Of a DNA stretch of 64,000 nt, positions 39,001-54,000 are shown piece by piece (the first letter of the stretch is position 1; each line of letters starts with the position of its first letter). This DNA is from Antedon mediterranea. Its lineage: Eukaryota; Animalia; Echinodermata. A program made the position numbers and the translations under genes. The notes below the pieces were generated by a model. The model was given only the letters and a program-made list of their open reading frames with translations. It was not told the origin of the DNA and made no database searches. The stretch covers positions 28,334,001 through 28,398,000 of the forward strand of contig NC_092674.1 in the NCBI RefSeq assembly GCF_964355755.1, written 5' to 3'.

Positions 39001-42000
39001 TGTGAGCCTTATAAAAAAAACTCATTTTTTAAATCTCAACCAAAAATCTTCTACTATCATCTTAAATAATTTCATTTATCTTCTTTAAGTAATTGATAAT
39101 GTTTAGATTAAAAACAGTAAAACTATCAAGTTTTTAGTTGATTGATTACAAATGGTTGCCACATGTAGGTCACTATATAAAACTACATAAAGCTCTGTCT
39201 ACACTATCAAACTTTATGTGATGTGATGTGCCCATATTTGGACACGCATATCACCACCATATTTGGGAACATCACATTTTTTTTTCAAACTAGTTTCATA
39301 GTGTAGACAAAGCTTAATAAAAATGAATATTTTGTTATACAGTAGAATTCCTATTAAGAGGACATTTTCGGGATGTAACAAATATTAGTTAGAGTGCCCA
39401 CTAAATTGGAGATAGTTTTAATTTCCCCTTGTTCGTTTAATAGGAAAACATCCTCTTAATAGGGGTGGTCCCTATAAAATAGGTGTTGCCCAATAGGGGT
39501 GTGGCCCATGAATAGAAGTTGGCCATGATTGACTCCTCCTCATTGCTTGAGATAGTATTTTCTGAATACTAGAGGAAGTAAAGAGCTCCAATATATATTT
39601 TGGAATCTATTTGTTTGTGCAATATTTTGTGTCAAATAATTAGCCGCGATGGCAGCATTCGTCTTAAAATCTCCGATTACGCAGTGATATATTTCATGAT
39701 TTGCTTGGCTAATTTGACGAATTAAATGTATTTGACGTGATATTTGTAAAAGATAAAACAATCAATACTAGACTGGCAGCTGTCAGAGACAAGATAATTT
39801 CAAATGTCAGTATGAAAATAAAAAGAAAAAAAAACTGTGTCAGTAATCATTCTACTACAGTGTAATTGCTGTATATTGTTTTACTGCTGAAGACCTAGTT
39901 TAGATTGATTAGGGTTGGAGGCTCTCAAGCCCAGGATGACCAAGACAGAACTGGTGCTGACCTTGGTTTAATTAGACCGAAAGCTGGTATAGTGATGAGG
40001 GCGTATTCAAATACTTCGGTTTGGGTTTAGATTTTTGTTTTTCAGCCTTTTGTAAGTTTTTCTAATAGTTTGTGTATCCTTCCATATTGAAGATGTCAAT
40101 TGTCAACAAATAAAAACATTTTTTTTTTTTATTTTGGAAATTTTTCTTCTAAGTAGTTATCAAATTATCATTCTGAAAGTATTCATTTTTTGTGTGTACA
40201 AAACGTATAAATTATTTTATGTCCAAATAATTTTAAATAACTATTGGAATAAAAAGGCAATTATTTTTTTGAAAAATTAAAACCGATGACAGTTATGAAA
40301 AATAATATCAATATTTGACAATTTGTCAAAATTAATGGCATGGTTCCTTAGGCACAAAACAGGGGTCAGTAAGGGTCCTGTCACAACTCTAATATAATTT
40401 GTCAGTCAGGGTGACAACAACTAGATATATGTTGATAACTTATAGCTACAGTTTACATATATTACGGCATAATTATGTCATAAATAGTGTCGTCTATAAA
40501 ACTGATAAATCACCGGAAATGTTATACATTACAGTTTTTAAATGTTGCTCTTGGTAAAAAAAAAATGTTTCTGAACTCCTGGAGAAAGTAGTGATAATGC
40601 AGAAACGTGTAAAGATTAAAATTGAGAAAATCTAAATAAAATTGCTTTATAGTTTAAAGATGTATTGCACGTCCCACAAAACATGAACATTTTAGATTAA
40701 TTAAATCAGACTGAATAGAGTATTTTGTAGTTTTAATATAAAATTTAATCACTTTCGTAGGAAAAAAAATGTCTTCACTTATAAAATGACAAAATAAATC
40801 GTTAAATTCACTGACAGCCAATTTGACTATTTTTGCTTTAAATTACAGTTTTTCAGGTAAACTAAATTTTTTTTTCAATTTAATTTTTGGTCAAAGTGGA
40901 TAATGCGACATTAACATGGTATATTTAACAGAAAAATGTTTAATAAATATTTTTTCAAATTTAAATTATCTCTTTCCTGATAGATCATGAAATGAAATGA
41001 TACAAGGCAATGCCTAACAGCCTTTTTGCAGTATTGACACACTAAATGTTAATGTTCAGGAATAGGCCCACAACATCATGGTGGGTTTAAAAGAGAGTAG
41101 TAGTTAGCACAACAGGGCATCAAAGTAAAATGACTTGTAGATAGTAATAAATAAATGAATGTACAGTGTGAATATTAAATCAACAAATGTTGATATTCAG
41201 GAATAGGCCCATCACAATATGAAAGGGCTTAAAAAAGAAATAGTATGGTATATTTCTTAAATCAAACGATGGAGTAGTTAATAGCACAACAGGGTATCAA
41301 ACAAGTAAAATGACTTGTATATATTATAATTAGTAAATAAATAAATGTATAAATAATTTAGGTAAATCAATAACTAAAAAAAAAAAAGAGGACAGACATG
41401 TGAAAATGGCTATTTCTTCTACTTCAATTATCTGCCTATTTGATATACGCCAATTATTGAAAATCAACGATTTGATAGTTACTCCTGCTGGGAGTCTAAG
41501 TTACGAGCCGTCTTAAATAGCTGGTGGTCTCAATATTGGAATCTTTAAAAAAAACACCTGAGAATATTGTACCATTACCAGCAATAATACCTGTTGGAAT
41601 ATGAAATAATATGATTGGAAAGTACAAAAGGTCAAGGAAAACAAAACAAACTTTAGACATACTATTTACTACTTCTCTTACGCCTGCTATAGTACCATAC
41701 ATATCGTAGTGTACTACTATTAGTAGTACCCTACTAAGTTTTAACCCACCTTGGGCATATAGTTTTACCCAAATTTGTATAAACATCTAATTTCAAACAG
41801 TCTCTCTCCCCACAAATACCCTTTGGGTTAGCTTTGTTAAATTTAACTTTTTAGAAATTCTGGTATTGTAATCCAAATGTATTTGTAAAGGTGAAAACTA
41901 AATTTTTTTATAAAAAATCTGGTTTTGGGAAGATTTTCAAGTTTTTGGAAGTTTGTGAGAGTCGACTGTACAACTTTACAAAATATTTACTCTATAATTA

Positions 42001-45000
42001 TCTTCACATATATGGCATATTATCTGATATTTAGTATCATAGGCAAATACTATATATAGTGTCCCATACATATCACATGTGCTGCCTGTATCATGTTATT
42101 GTTAAAAAGGTTTAATGATTCCAATAGTGACATACACTGTACACATCACATGTGGTGCCTGTATTAATATTATGTTAATGTTTAGGCTTGATTACATGTG
42201 TATTATCTAATTTGCATATGATACTGTTCAAATTAGAGATACAGAAATGAGAATTGGCGAAATTCACTCAGATTCAGTTTAATATAAATGCAACTGAAAA
42301 TTTTTATTCAAATTTGAAGTACCGTAGCTTAAATGCATTCTTCAGTTATTTTCTTTCTTTCTAAATTTTCATAACCATTTATTTAAGATTTAAGTGTCCA
42401 TACTGTACATTATTTTACGTTGATAAATTAATCAAACTTTACTTTTATTGGCTTTGGTATTTTCTTTTAAAATAAATAAAGAAATAAGTTTACAGTTCAA
42501 CATCCACAGATTATCTTAGTTGTTGTCCAATGAGAAATGGACCAATTACTTATTTTATTGGCTTCTTCGGTATTTTCTTTTAGAATTAATACTAAAATTG
42601 TGTTACAGTTCACTGAACACAGATTATTTTGTGCAGTTAAGTTAAATTGTGCATTGAGAAATGAAAAAAAAAGTAGTCTATTTATTGGCTTTGAAGATGG
42701 AATTGTATTTTATTGCGCATTAAGAAATAAGTATTTTTATTGACTTTTGGAATTTTTCTTCCAATTTATCATTAACGATTAAATTGTCTTCAAGTTCAAT
42801 CTCTTGACACAATTTTCTTTTAGTTGTGCGTCGATAACAGAACATTATTGTAACGCATTTAGATTGGCTTTGTTGTTTGTTCATTCTCATCCTACAATGA
42901 TGAAATATTCATACAGTTCAGCGTCCATAGACATCATTTTTTTCAAAGTTGTGCATTGAGAAAACCAGCTGCAGTTACTTAAAGTTTAATTCACATCACG
43001 GATATTGGGAAATGGCAAATAAGAATACCAACATAATGATTTATTGTGCTTTTGTTTTCTTACTACTTAAAATGATCATCTTCGTTAACGTTTTCCAGCA
43101 TCAAACGTTGCACTTTCTATCTTGTCGTTTTTCATTGAGTCATTTTTCAGGGAATAATGGCTTTTCTTGCTAACATTCCTACTCCTTAGGTCATTCTATC
43201 TGCTGTGTAAAGCTCTGTCTACACTATCAAACTTTATGTTAAAAATAAATGTGATGTGCCCAAATATGGTAGTGATGTGCCTGAATATGGTACATGACAT
43301 CATCATGTCCATTATTTGGGCACATCACATTTTTTTGTCACATAAAGTTTGAGAGTGTAGACAGAGCTTTAAATTACCATGCTCCGTCTAAAATATCAAA
43401 CTTTATGTGACAAAAAAATGTGATGTGCCACTTTTTTTGTCAAAATAGTTTGACAGTGTAGACAGAGCTTTATAGATTAGTTTAATAGTAAGTTATATTA
43501 TGTTTTTTTCCATTATTATATACAGATTCTCAGTACTGTATCTTTTGAAAATTACTCATATTCCAGCCCTGCTTTATGTAGGAATTACTGAAACATGTGC
43601 ATTTTGCCTTTGGAAAATAATGATACAGCAAAACCAACAAAAAATGCAACTATGAAACAGTGAGAACTACAAGTGGGCCAAATGAAACATAAATCTGTTT
43701 TAACTGGCAATTCTACTAAGGAAAAATTTAGAGCAAGAGCAATTTGTTAAGGTAATTTAGTGAAATACCAAATTTGGGCCAGAAATTACACTAACTGATG
43801 AAAAGCTAAATGAAGACAAAATGCCAGAAACTAAGCCAAGTGGCCATCATCAACGTTTGAACTCTGACCTTTTCAATATATTTGTTAACATGTTTAATGC
43901 CGATAGCACCAAAAAAACACAAATTGTACACTTAAAATGGCTTATCTAACTTTTTATATTGACAAAAATAATGAAAAGCACTAGAAATCAAAACTAAGAA
44001 ACAAACAAAAACATATGTGAAAATAAAATCTATAAGATATAAAGAATATCTAAAATAATGTAAAAAATAAATCAAAACAAACTTTTGCATTAAACTGTCA
44101 ATAAAAACGAAATCATCTGTTTTTTTAAATTTTTGAAACATTCAACATTTTTTGTCCATCAATATTGGAATTTATTGCAATTTACAAACAGTTGAACATT
44201 CTTTGTCTCAAAATTTACATTAATGTGGTTAAAACTAGGACTATATTCATTTCATTTTGCATGATTGTTTCTTTGAATATAGTTATAGTAATCTTAATAT
44301 ATATTTTATCTTAATAAAATCATACTTTAATTAAAAAATAAATAAATAAAAAATGGGATATGGGAATTCGTCCCACAAAAAAATTCTAAAAATAGCCATA
44401 GCCAAGCCAAAGCTTTTATGATTTTGTTACCTTTCAAAAAAAAAGAGGAGAGGATGTGGATGGAATCCGAGATTCTTCTTCTAAAGGCCAATTTACACAG
44501 AAAGTGGTAACAGTGCGGTAAGCAAAATATTGAATCTGTTATTTCTGTTATTTACACAAAACGCGAAGCGAACAGGTGGTGGTGGCGGATTCTACGACAT
44601 GAGACAAGCTACTCAGTTTCCCGCTTATTGTTACCGCTCGTCTGGGTAAATTTGCCTTTGGCCAGTTGCTTAGAATTGCAAAGAGTGAATACTTACTACA
44701 TCATCTGTCGTTACACCCAGGATGTTAGACCAGATTTCTGATCTCAAAGTAGTTGGGCATCCTTGCTTTGCATACAACTGTGCTAAAGGACACTGATTCT
44801 CATTTATAACTTTACGACCGAATTTCACTGCCTCATTCTCAAATCCTAATAAAACAAACATAAATTACAATACAATAAAAATCTTTTATACATGTGCCAG
44901 TAAATCAGGCCACATCTTATTTGTATGATTTACAATGCAGGGAATTATGAACGTACTGCCTTATAGTACATACACCAATCTAAAGCTCTGTCTAGACACT

Positions 45001-48000
45001 AACCTAGTTTGACAAAAAAAGTGTGATGTGCCCAAATATGGTGGTGATATATCTAAATATATTATAGTAGTGATATGATATGATCATCATGTCCAATTGT
45101 TTGTTTGTTTGTTTTATCTTTATACTGGGTGACCTCTTCAGTCAAAGACTGATCTCCCAGAGGGCCCAGTTGGTGATCAGTGGCTGTGATGTACTAATAC
45201 ACCGGGGTAACCCCCTACTCGTCTCGAAAGATGTACTAGGTTCTTTAAAGTGCACACAAGCAAGTTGTGTACACTGGACCTACGGTTTATAGTCCTTATC
45301 CGAGAAGACCCGTTCTACCACCAGAACCATGGAGTGAGTGAACCTCGAACCCCTGCCGATGTTATGGCTACGTGATTACGGTTCCACTCCAAATATAGGA
45401 ACATCACATTTTTTTGTCACATAAAGTTTGATAGTGCAGACAGAGCTTTAAATTTTCATGAAACGTACTTTTTGAGCTCCGTCTACACTATAAAACTTTA
45501 TGTGATAAAAAAATGCCCATATATGGACATGATGATGTAATATCATTACCATATTTGGACATATCATTACCATATTTGGGCACATCACCATTTTTTTGTC
45601 AAAATAGTTTGATAGTGTAGACATGACAGCTTAATTAGCAACGCAGGTGAAAACATAATCATATGTTGTCCTTAATATGGATTAAACTATTAAACAACTA
45701 TAGCTGTGGTTCCAAAATGGTCTTTAATAAGAGGACGACAGTTACTGTAAATTTCAAGAGACCAATTATGCACACAACATCTGCGAGAACGGTAATGTTG
45801 TATTTCTGCCACATAAAACAGTTTTTAATATCGTCATAAAAATAGGTGGTAATGTACCGGCAACTTTTGTAATGGGTTACAACACGTTTGTGAAATCTTT
45901 AATTTTAAAGTCGCTTAATGTTTGAGAATTTTGCATATATCGGAGTATTTCATTAACATTAACTGATAATTGTATATCATTGTAAAGCCTTTTATTTTAT
46001 ATTCCTTCAATTTGTAAGCACCATTAATTTTTAACATTTCATTTCCGCCAAAAAAGCCCCTTAAAATTAAGGCCACACAAAAATATATAATATATATATA
46101 GTAATAAAACCGATGTGAGGCAAACTTAGAGACACGCTGTCTCAACATAATCTATAAAAGCAGAGTAGGTGTTATGAAAATTATGTAATATGAAAATTAT
46201 GAAACCATGACTTAATTCATAGTTTAAAGTATCATCCAAAAACTGAAACACATGTCGCCATTGTAAGAATGAAGTTTTAAATCTGGATTGAAACATTTTT
46301 GAACATTTTAGACAATATTAGAATTTTGATAACGCTTAAAATAGTCGTCTACCGAGCCAACAATATCGGCATGGGTTTAAGGGTGAATCGCTCCTAGTTC
46401 CAAAGTCTTCTCGGATAAGGACTATATAAACCGTAGGTCCGGTGAACACTTTAACCACTGTGCATTTGAGTAGGAAGTTACCCCAGTGAACTGGTTCAAA
46501 AAATAGCCCCTGTGTCAGGGGATTACCACCTATGTGATAGGATAGAGATTAATTTACTATTGAAAATGTAATATGTAATGTAATAATTTTTCTGTGTATT
46601 AGCTTTTTGCAAGAGGAGGAAAATCCATAATTTTTGTAAGATTCACTGACTATTACCCTAATGGTGTCTCTTGAAGTTAGTAGTCTTTTTCTCAAACATA
46701 ATTATTTATGGCAACATTTAGGTACCTTGTTTTATATAAGAGAGATATTTGAAATAAAAGCTCTATAAAAGTGTTTATCACAAATTTGATACTAAAACAT
46801 TTCTATAAAGTAAAAATATGACTGGACCTAGTCTTGACGGCGATTTAATATATTTAATGTATTTTGGCACACATGGCATTTCATACGTATAATACTTGAG
46901 CTTTACAGGCAAAAATCAAGCATTTATTGATCAACTATGATGGACAACATAAAGACAATAACTAGATACTTGGGGTCAAGTGTCTAAATTGACCATACCT
47001 GCATTTAAAGAACTCAAATTCTCCACTCCAATCTGCGCGTTACTAGGAGACAAATCACAATAACAACTTTTCTGTAAAAAGAAAAATATGTACTATATTT
47101 ATAATGAAATTATAATTTTGATATATGATAATAATAATCACTTACGTTATTTATGTCTTTGTCACTAGAATAACAAAAGGAATTCGGTCAATTCATTTAG
47201 GATCCCTTGATTGTTATTGCAGAAGAAGATCTACTCAATTTAACATACATGATATATTATTATGAGTTTCAAACCACCTAATTTATATGTAGGTCATCCT
47301 ATTCACTTTTAAATGTCAAATCATTTAACATTAAAACATTAATGATGCCTAGAAACATTCAATTTTATTGGTTAAATTACTCTTAACGAATATTTATGTT
47401 GGGCCTGAGGCAATTATCCTCAATTATGTCAAACATATTTATATTTCTAAAGATCTGTCTACACTATCAAACTTTATGTAACAAAAAAATGTCATGTGCC
47501 CAAATATGGTGATATGCTTAAAATGGTAGTGATATGCTTAAATATGGTAGTGATATGCTTAAATATGGTAGTGATATGCTTAAACAATGGTTGTGACCAG
47601 ACAGTGGCCTGTCTGTTATCATTCAGTGATCCAAGGCTCAGTCAATGGTCAGTCTGTTGGTTAGTGATCATTATACTTTAATTTACAGTACATAAAAATT
47701 ACAAAACATAAACATTATTGCAGCCGATAAAATTTTGCAATTACAATTTAATAGATTTAGTCTATGGTCGTCTGTTGGTACTATAGGCTGGTCAGCAATT
47801 CCATCAGTGTTAAAGTTTCTGGTCAATGGTCAAGAGTTTGAATGGCTTATGGCTAGTTTCTGCGGTCAGTCATCCAGGGTTCAGTCAGTCACTGAGGGAT
47901 CGGTCATTCAGTTCATCTGTTCATCATTTAGTCATTCGTTGACTTATAATCAATAAATCAGTTTTTTATTTTAGCAATATATCGTACCACCTGCACCATT

Positions 48001-51000
48001 TCAAAAAAATGGAGTGAGCAATTAGACGCATACGTTGCACAAACAAACATACTAAACATGATGACAGTCCTTAATTGATTTTAGTGTTTGTATTCAGCTA
48101 GAAGCTAGCTCAAGTACTGACAATCGCAAAGTAAATGTATTGCTAGCTAATTACAATTCACAGTGAATGTTGATTTTAGCAGCCATATAGTAGAGTATTG
48201 ATATTATACATAATGATAATGATTCTATGAACAACCCTCTTTCTGGACACCTCTAATCAGGGGACACCCATATTAAGTGGAAATCTCAATTAAGGGGCAG
48301 CCTTAAGCAAGGGACACCCATATTAAGTGGACATCTCTATTAAGGGGCACCTCTAAGCAGGGGACACCCATTTTAAGTGGAAACCTCTATGGGATACCTT
48401 TAATCAGTAGACAACAAGTAAGTGGACACCTCTATGACGTACCTCTAAGCAGGAGACAACAATATTAAGTGGACACCTCTATTAAGGGGCACCTCTAATC
48501 AGGGCACACTTCATAGTGGAAACCCATATTAAGTGGACACCTATTCAGGGGACACCCATATTAAGTGGATACCTTTATTAAGGGACACCTATAAGCAGGG
48601 GACACCCATATTAAATGTAAACCCCTATTAAGGGGAACCTAATCAGGAGACACCCATATTAAGTGGACACCTCTATTAAAGGGACATTTTCATGTGAAAC
48701 GAATGAGGTGAAACCCCTCCTTTGGAACACCCATAATATATTTAGCCAAAGGGGTACTCTGCTGGATACCAAAGGTCTCTCCTTAATAAAGGTACTACTT
48801 TAGTTGGAGTTTACCCCTTCCATCAGCTCGGTGGTCCGATGTATGATTACATTCTAAAGATCGGCAAATCATGTGTTCGATATAAAGTACATTTTTCATG
48901 CCTGGTTGAGCACCAATGATGCAAAAAAAATGATGGTGATGAACTAAACTTCCAAGCCGTTGGTAAGAAAATGAGTGATTACTCAAAAGTAACAATAAAA
49001 AAAAGGAAGTTAAAAGTATAAAATGAATGAGCTAAAGAGTTAAAAAAATATTGGACAGTACAGAACAAAGTTAGCCTCAGAGTTAATTCCTCACTAAAGA
49101 TAAATTTAAGTTGAACGAGTGAATCAGACGTGCGTATCGCCCACGGTAAATTGATGGCCTCAGATGACTGATTACGACCTTGAATTATAATAGGTTATCG
49201 ATATCTTACCAATTCTGCTACAGTCTTGACCTTGAGAGGAATTTGAATTAATCCCCAACTTTTCTGCAAAGGATTATGGGTCAGCTGTTGATGTGGGTTT
49301 TTCACAGTAACCAATGCATCAAGGAAATCTTTCGGGGCATATACCGGTCGAAACGCTGTCAGATCTGGTGGTAAAAAAGAGGTAATGCAATTTGTAAGGC
49401 AATTATGATCGTGTCACTTTTGTTTCATTGTAATTTAAAAATTCCTAGGAGGGTCGTAATTCAAAAATAGATGCTTGAGAAAAATAAATGGATTAACAAT
49501 GTATTACGGCCAAAATAAAATTTTCATAACATGGCTCAAATTTGATAAATATTCTTACATTATTTGTAGAGCTAATACATTTTATCAATCAATCGATAAT
49601 GAATGAAGGTATTGATTATCAGTAAATAAATCATTCAATCAATAATCAAACCTAATCAATGTCAATAAATTAAGTATTTTGGCATTTCCAGAAATAAAAA
49701 AATGATGGAAAAAAAAAATTCATGCCAGCATATGTTTCAAAACATGCTTGGTGGGTGATTAAAAAAACATTGATAGCAAAAAATAAAAACTGGATAATAA
49801 AAATAAATAAGGATAACAATAAGGAGTATAGTGATAATTCGTAATCAAACTGTAATTAACTGTTCTGTATATATCTTTTAAATTAGGCCTTCTGTGTTTT
49901 TATGTTATAATTTTTATTTACTTTTAAACTTATAACTGGACCATTTTGGAAAGCAGTACTGCGCGTTACTGAAAATGCAATCCAGTCAAAAGAAAGAATA
50001 AATAAATAAATAAATAAATATTTAACACCTTTTGTACACTATACTCTATAAAGCTCTGTCTACACTATCAAACATTATGCGACAAAAAAACTGTATATGG
50101 ACACGTTGATTACTAGTTTGATAGTGTAGACAAAGCTTTAACAGTACCTGTAGCACAATTATAAGTCTACAGAATTTCTTTAATACATCAGTTCACATTA
50201 CCATTAAAAAAAACATAATGTATTATATAAGATGTGATGGAATATGATAATGATGAGTTGATAAAATAAAGAAATTGTTTTATCTTTGTCTGTAGACTGT
50301 GTATATACAGTAGATAGTGAGTAATTTTTGTCATGAAAGATTTTCCTAAATGGACCGATACTAAAAACTTGCAAAAAATTATTCAACATTTAGTTAGAAA
50401 AATGAGATGGGAACTCTGTCTACACTATTAAACTAGTTTGATGTGCCCAAATATGGTAGTGATTTGCCTAAATATGGTATTGATATGACATCATCATGTC
50501 CATATATATGGGCACACCACATTTTTTGTCACAAAAAGTTTGATAGTGTAGACAGAGATTTACGTTAACATTACACTATATAGCGTACACTTCAATAATT
50601 TATAACTCCATAATCAGCAAAACTTTACATTGTCATAACATTGTTTGAAATATAATTATGATTTCTTTAAACTGAAAGGTTTAATTTTTTATTGAGATGG
50701 TTTTAACTGAAAAATAATTTTTGTTAGAGTAGAAATCGAAAGACAAAAAATTGTTTAAAAAATACACTGGAATTATTTAAAATAATAATTATTTCACAAA
50801 TAATTTCTTTAACAAAGGCAAACAACCTGCTATGGTTTTTAGAAATCCCAGCAAAAATGTGGTTAAAAAAGAAATACTATGTATGTATCAGGCTAAATAG
50901 CGAGAGATAAATGTATAATGTTTAGTAAATTTTACATTAGTTTTAGGGCTCAAATTTTGCACGGCTGTCTTTCGAGAGAATGTGTTTTTTATTATAAAAT

Positions 51001-54000
51001 TTTGTTTTGTAAATTAAGTAATATATCTTTTTAAAACTTATTTATTTGTAAAATCTACCTTTCTAATTGATTGGCAAATTATAACATTTCAGAATATACT
51101 AATATACACATTTTAATTTGCTAAATATTAGTTATAATGCCACAACAATTCCTTTATAATCTACTGTATATAAATAATACTGCTCGAATTTGTACAAAAT
51201 TGTTATAATAGAACGTTTTTATATTGAGAAAACTGATGATGAATGTGAATACGACAGCGTAACCCGGAGCAGATGTTAATCTACGCAAAGCATAGGTTAA
51301 CGTAGGACGATAACATTATAACATTGATTCACTAGGAAAACCATAATAATGTGTAGATATGTCGGACATAAGCTGAGTATATTTACCCATAAAAGAGAAA
51401 TAAAAGAGTCCACTTCAGGTCAGCTAATTAAATATTGAATGTCTGGTGTAGGATAATTAGTGAGCACGTTCTTAGTAACCAGTTTTAATGATTTTATGTT
51501 TGACCACAGTAATTAAAATGTCAACGCATCGTGATTGGAATTAGTCAAATCAAAGTACACAATTTAGGGTTAGCAGTAGTTTTTGGAATATTTCAAATTC
51601 TGTAATTGGTCAGTGAGCTCTGTTTAACTTGATTGAAATTGATATTTAATTAAAGTGCTATGTTTACACAGAATCAAATTGCGGTCTATCGGAATTGAAC
51701 TGCGATCTACCGGATTTAAATTGCGGTTTATCGGAATCACATTGCGGTCAATCGGAATTGAATTGCGGTCTACCAGAGTTAATTGCGGTCTATCGGAATT
51801 GAATTGCGGTCTACCGGAGTTAAATTGAGGTTTATCAGATTTATATTTCGGACTACCCAAATTAAATTGCGGTCTATCGGAATTGAATTGAAGTCTATCG
51901 GAATTAAATTGGGGTATATTGCAATTAAATTTTGCTTTACGTGAGAATTAAATTGCGGTCTATCGGAAATAAAGTTGTTCTATCGGAAGTAAAGTTGATA
52001 CATTGCAGTTCAGCTTTGTTGTTATCGTTATGACAACAAACAAAATCAGTGTAAATACATTCAAGGACCATAAAAAATTAATTATGGTTTTTTTTTATAT
52101 TGATATTTGCATTTTATATCAACAACAACCATTACAAGATTACATTTTATAATTACTTAATGGAAGAACAGTCAAAGTTAAATCTTGTATCAAACAAAGC
52201 CACCAACACAAAGTACCTAAATAATCAACTGTGACATTTACATTAATGTCAATAATAAAAAGCAACCCATCGTTAATATTCTACGGTGGAATCATTTGCA
52301 TGTTTAATGTAATATAGCCATGTTAAACATTAAATTAAGTTACTTGAGTTCGCTACAATCAACACATCTTTTTAGACTGAAAGCTCGGACAGATGAACCG
52401 CAATTATGACTGCTACTAAATCCATGACTTGGACATTATCTGTATGTATACAGAATATTCATAGCTCAATATGTAGCCTTAAAATTTATGTTTTGACGCC
52501 GCACAATTTATAGTATTGAGTGCCTTGTTTAATATCTTGTACGCTCTTTACATCGCCAAGCAAAATTTTGGGGCGTCAACACAGGCATTTTATATGGTGT
52601 GCGTAGACTCCCGAGTTTTCTAGATGACGTGAGAGCTGTATTTAATACTTTGACCTTTCGTAGTATTGATTGTGATTAATGTATATGCAGTATGTTATTT
52701 TCAATACTCTGTACAGTAATATTATTATTATAATGTCTTAACTGACTAGCCCTAACCCTAACGAATAATTTTGTACCCAATGAGCTATAAAAAACAAGGA
52801 TCACTTCGCAGCATGCATGACAGCCCGTGACTGCCAATAAAAAATCAAAATGCATTCTTAAAAATGTTGTCAGTGTATATTAAATAGAGTAAGTTTTTTG
52901 TCCTAAAAATTTCAGGATAAAAGTTAAACCATTATTAATTATCCTTTAGAATAAAGGGTTGAAATATGGTTTTGAGGTGTGGTTGCCTTACCTGGTTCGT
53001 CAGTTCCGAGTTCATTCCATGCATTCTTCAGTTCTTTTTGTTCACTAAGACCTCTCTGTAAAACAAAAAAACAATGCATTATAAATCAAAATAAATGAAC
53101 AATAATTATTCTATTGTTGCCGAAAGTCCCTTGATAACTTACCATATCGGGGTAATTTTTATCATCATTTGCATACGTACGTTAGTAGTAAAAATAACAT
53201 AAAGAAATACTGCACGAAAAGTCACAAAATTTCTCTACAAATTGTGACATAAATCACAGTAATACAACTTAATACGATGGTCATTTATGCAACATTTTTA
53301 TAAATGCGGTTTAAAAAAAAAATGTTTCTGTTCAACTTTTCAACTAATGTGTAATTTGCATATTATGTGATAAAATTCACAAATAGGCTGCTGACAGACA
53401 CATATGAAGCTTGGTCAAAGGTCATAGGAATAGATGAGACTTTAAGATGAAATTTTGATAAGAGTTTTTGAAAGTAAATTGTATTTTGAGCTTTCAATGG
53501 ATTTTCACATCCGTATAAAAGAGTGATAATGTTAGACTCCCTGGAGCCAATATGTTATGCTGGAACACGTCAAGTTGTGATATAACTGATAAATTACTAT
53601 GTTAGTAATAATTTCAGGAAAAAAATGCTTTTAACTTCGGTCAAATAATATGACAGAGTTTTTTCGTGAACGTGAAGTGATTCTGTTTTGTCAAATTACT
53701 AGATGATGATGTCATGGTGTTCTTATTCCAATATGATGTAAAGTACATAACTGTGATGAAATTTTTGACAAATGTAATTATACACAAAAAGTTGAATTTA
53801 CAGAAATTGTCAGATCATATTTGTATTTTCGATTTAATTTTTGATTTCTGAAAAGTAACTATTTTCACAAAAAAATTAAAAACTACCAAAATCTAGTTTT
53901 GGAATTTGAAAAATTGGGACATTTTGAAAAATTTACTAAAAACATTCTACTTAGCTGGTGTGAATTTCAAGCCCTGTGATATGACGACAATAATGATTTG

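Noticed and set aside
39880-39990. Hammerhead-like CTGA...stem...GAAA motifs (also about 4875..4900)
   Set aside because: The core CTGANGA and GAAA are not joined by a proper stem II with closing stems; at best decayed remnants.
47145-47165. Extra TBC1D19 micro-exon with GTAAG donor
   Set aside because: It begins with an in-frame TGA, and the flanking exons already join in phase with continuous homology.
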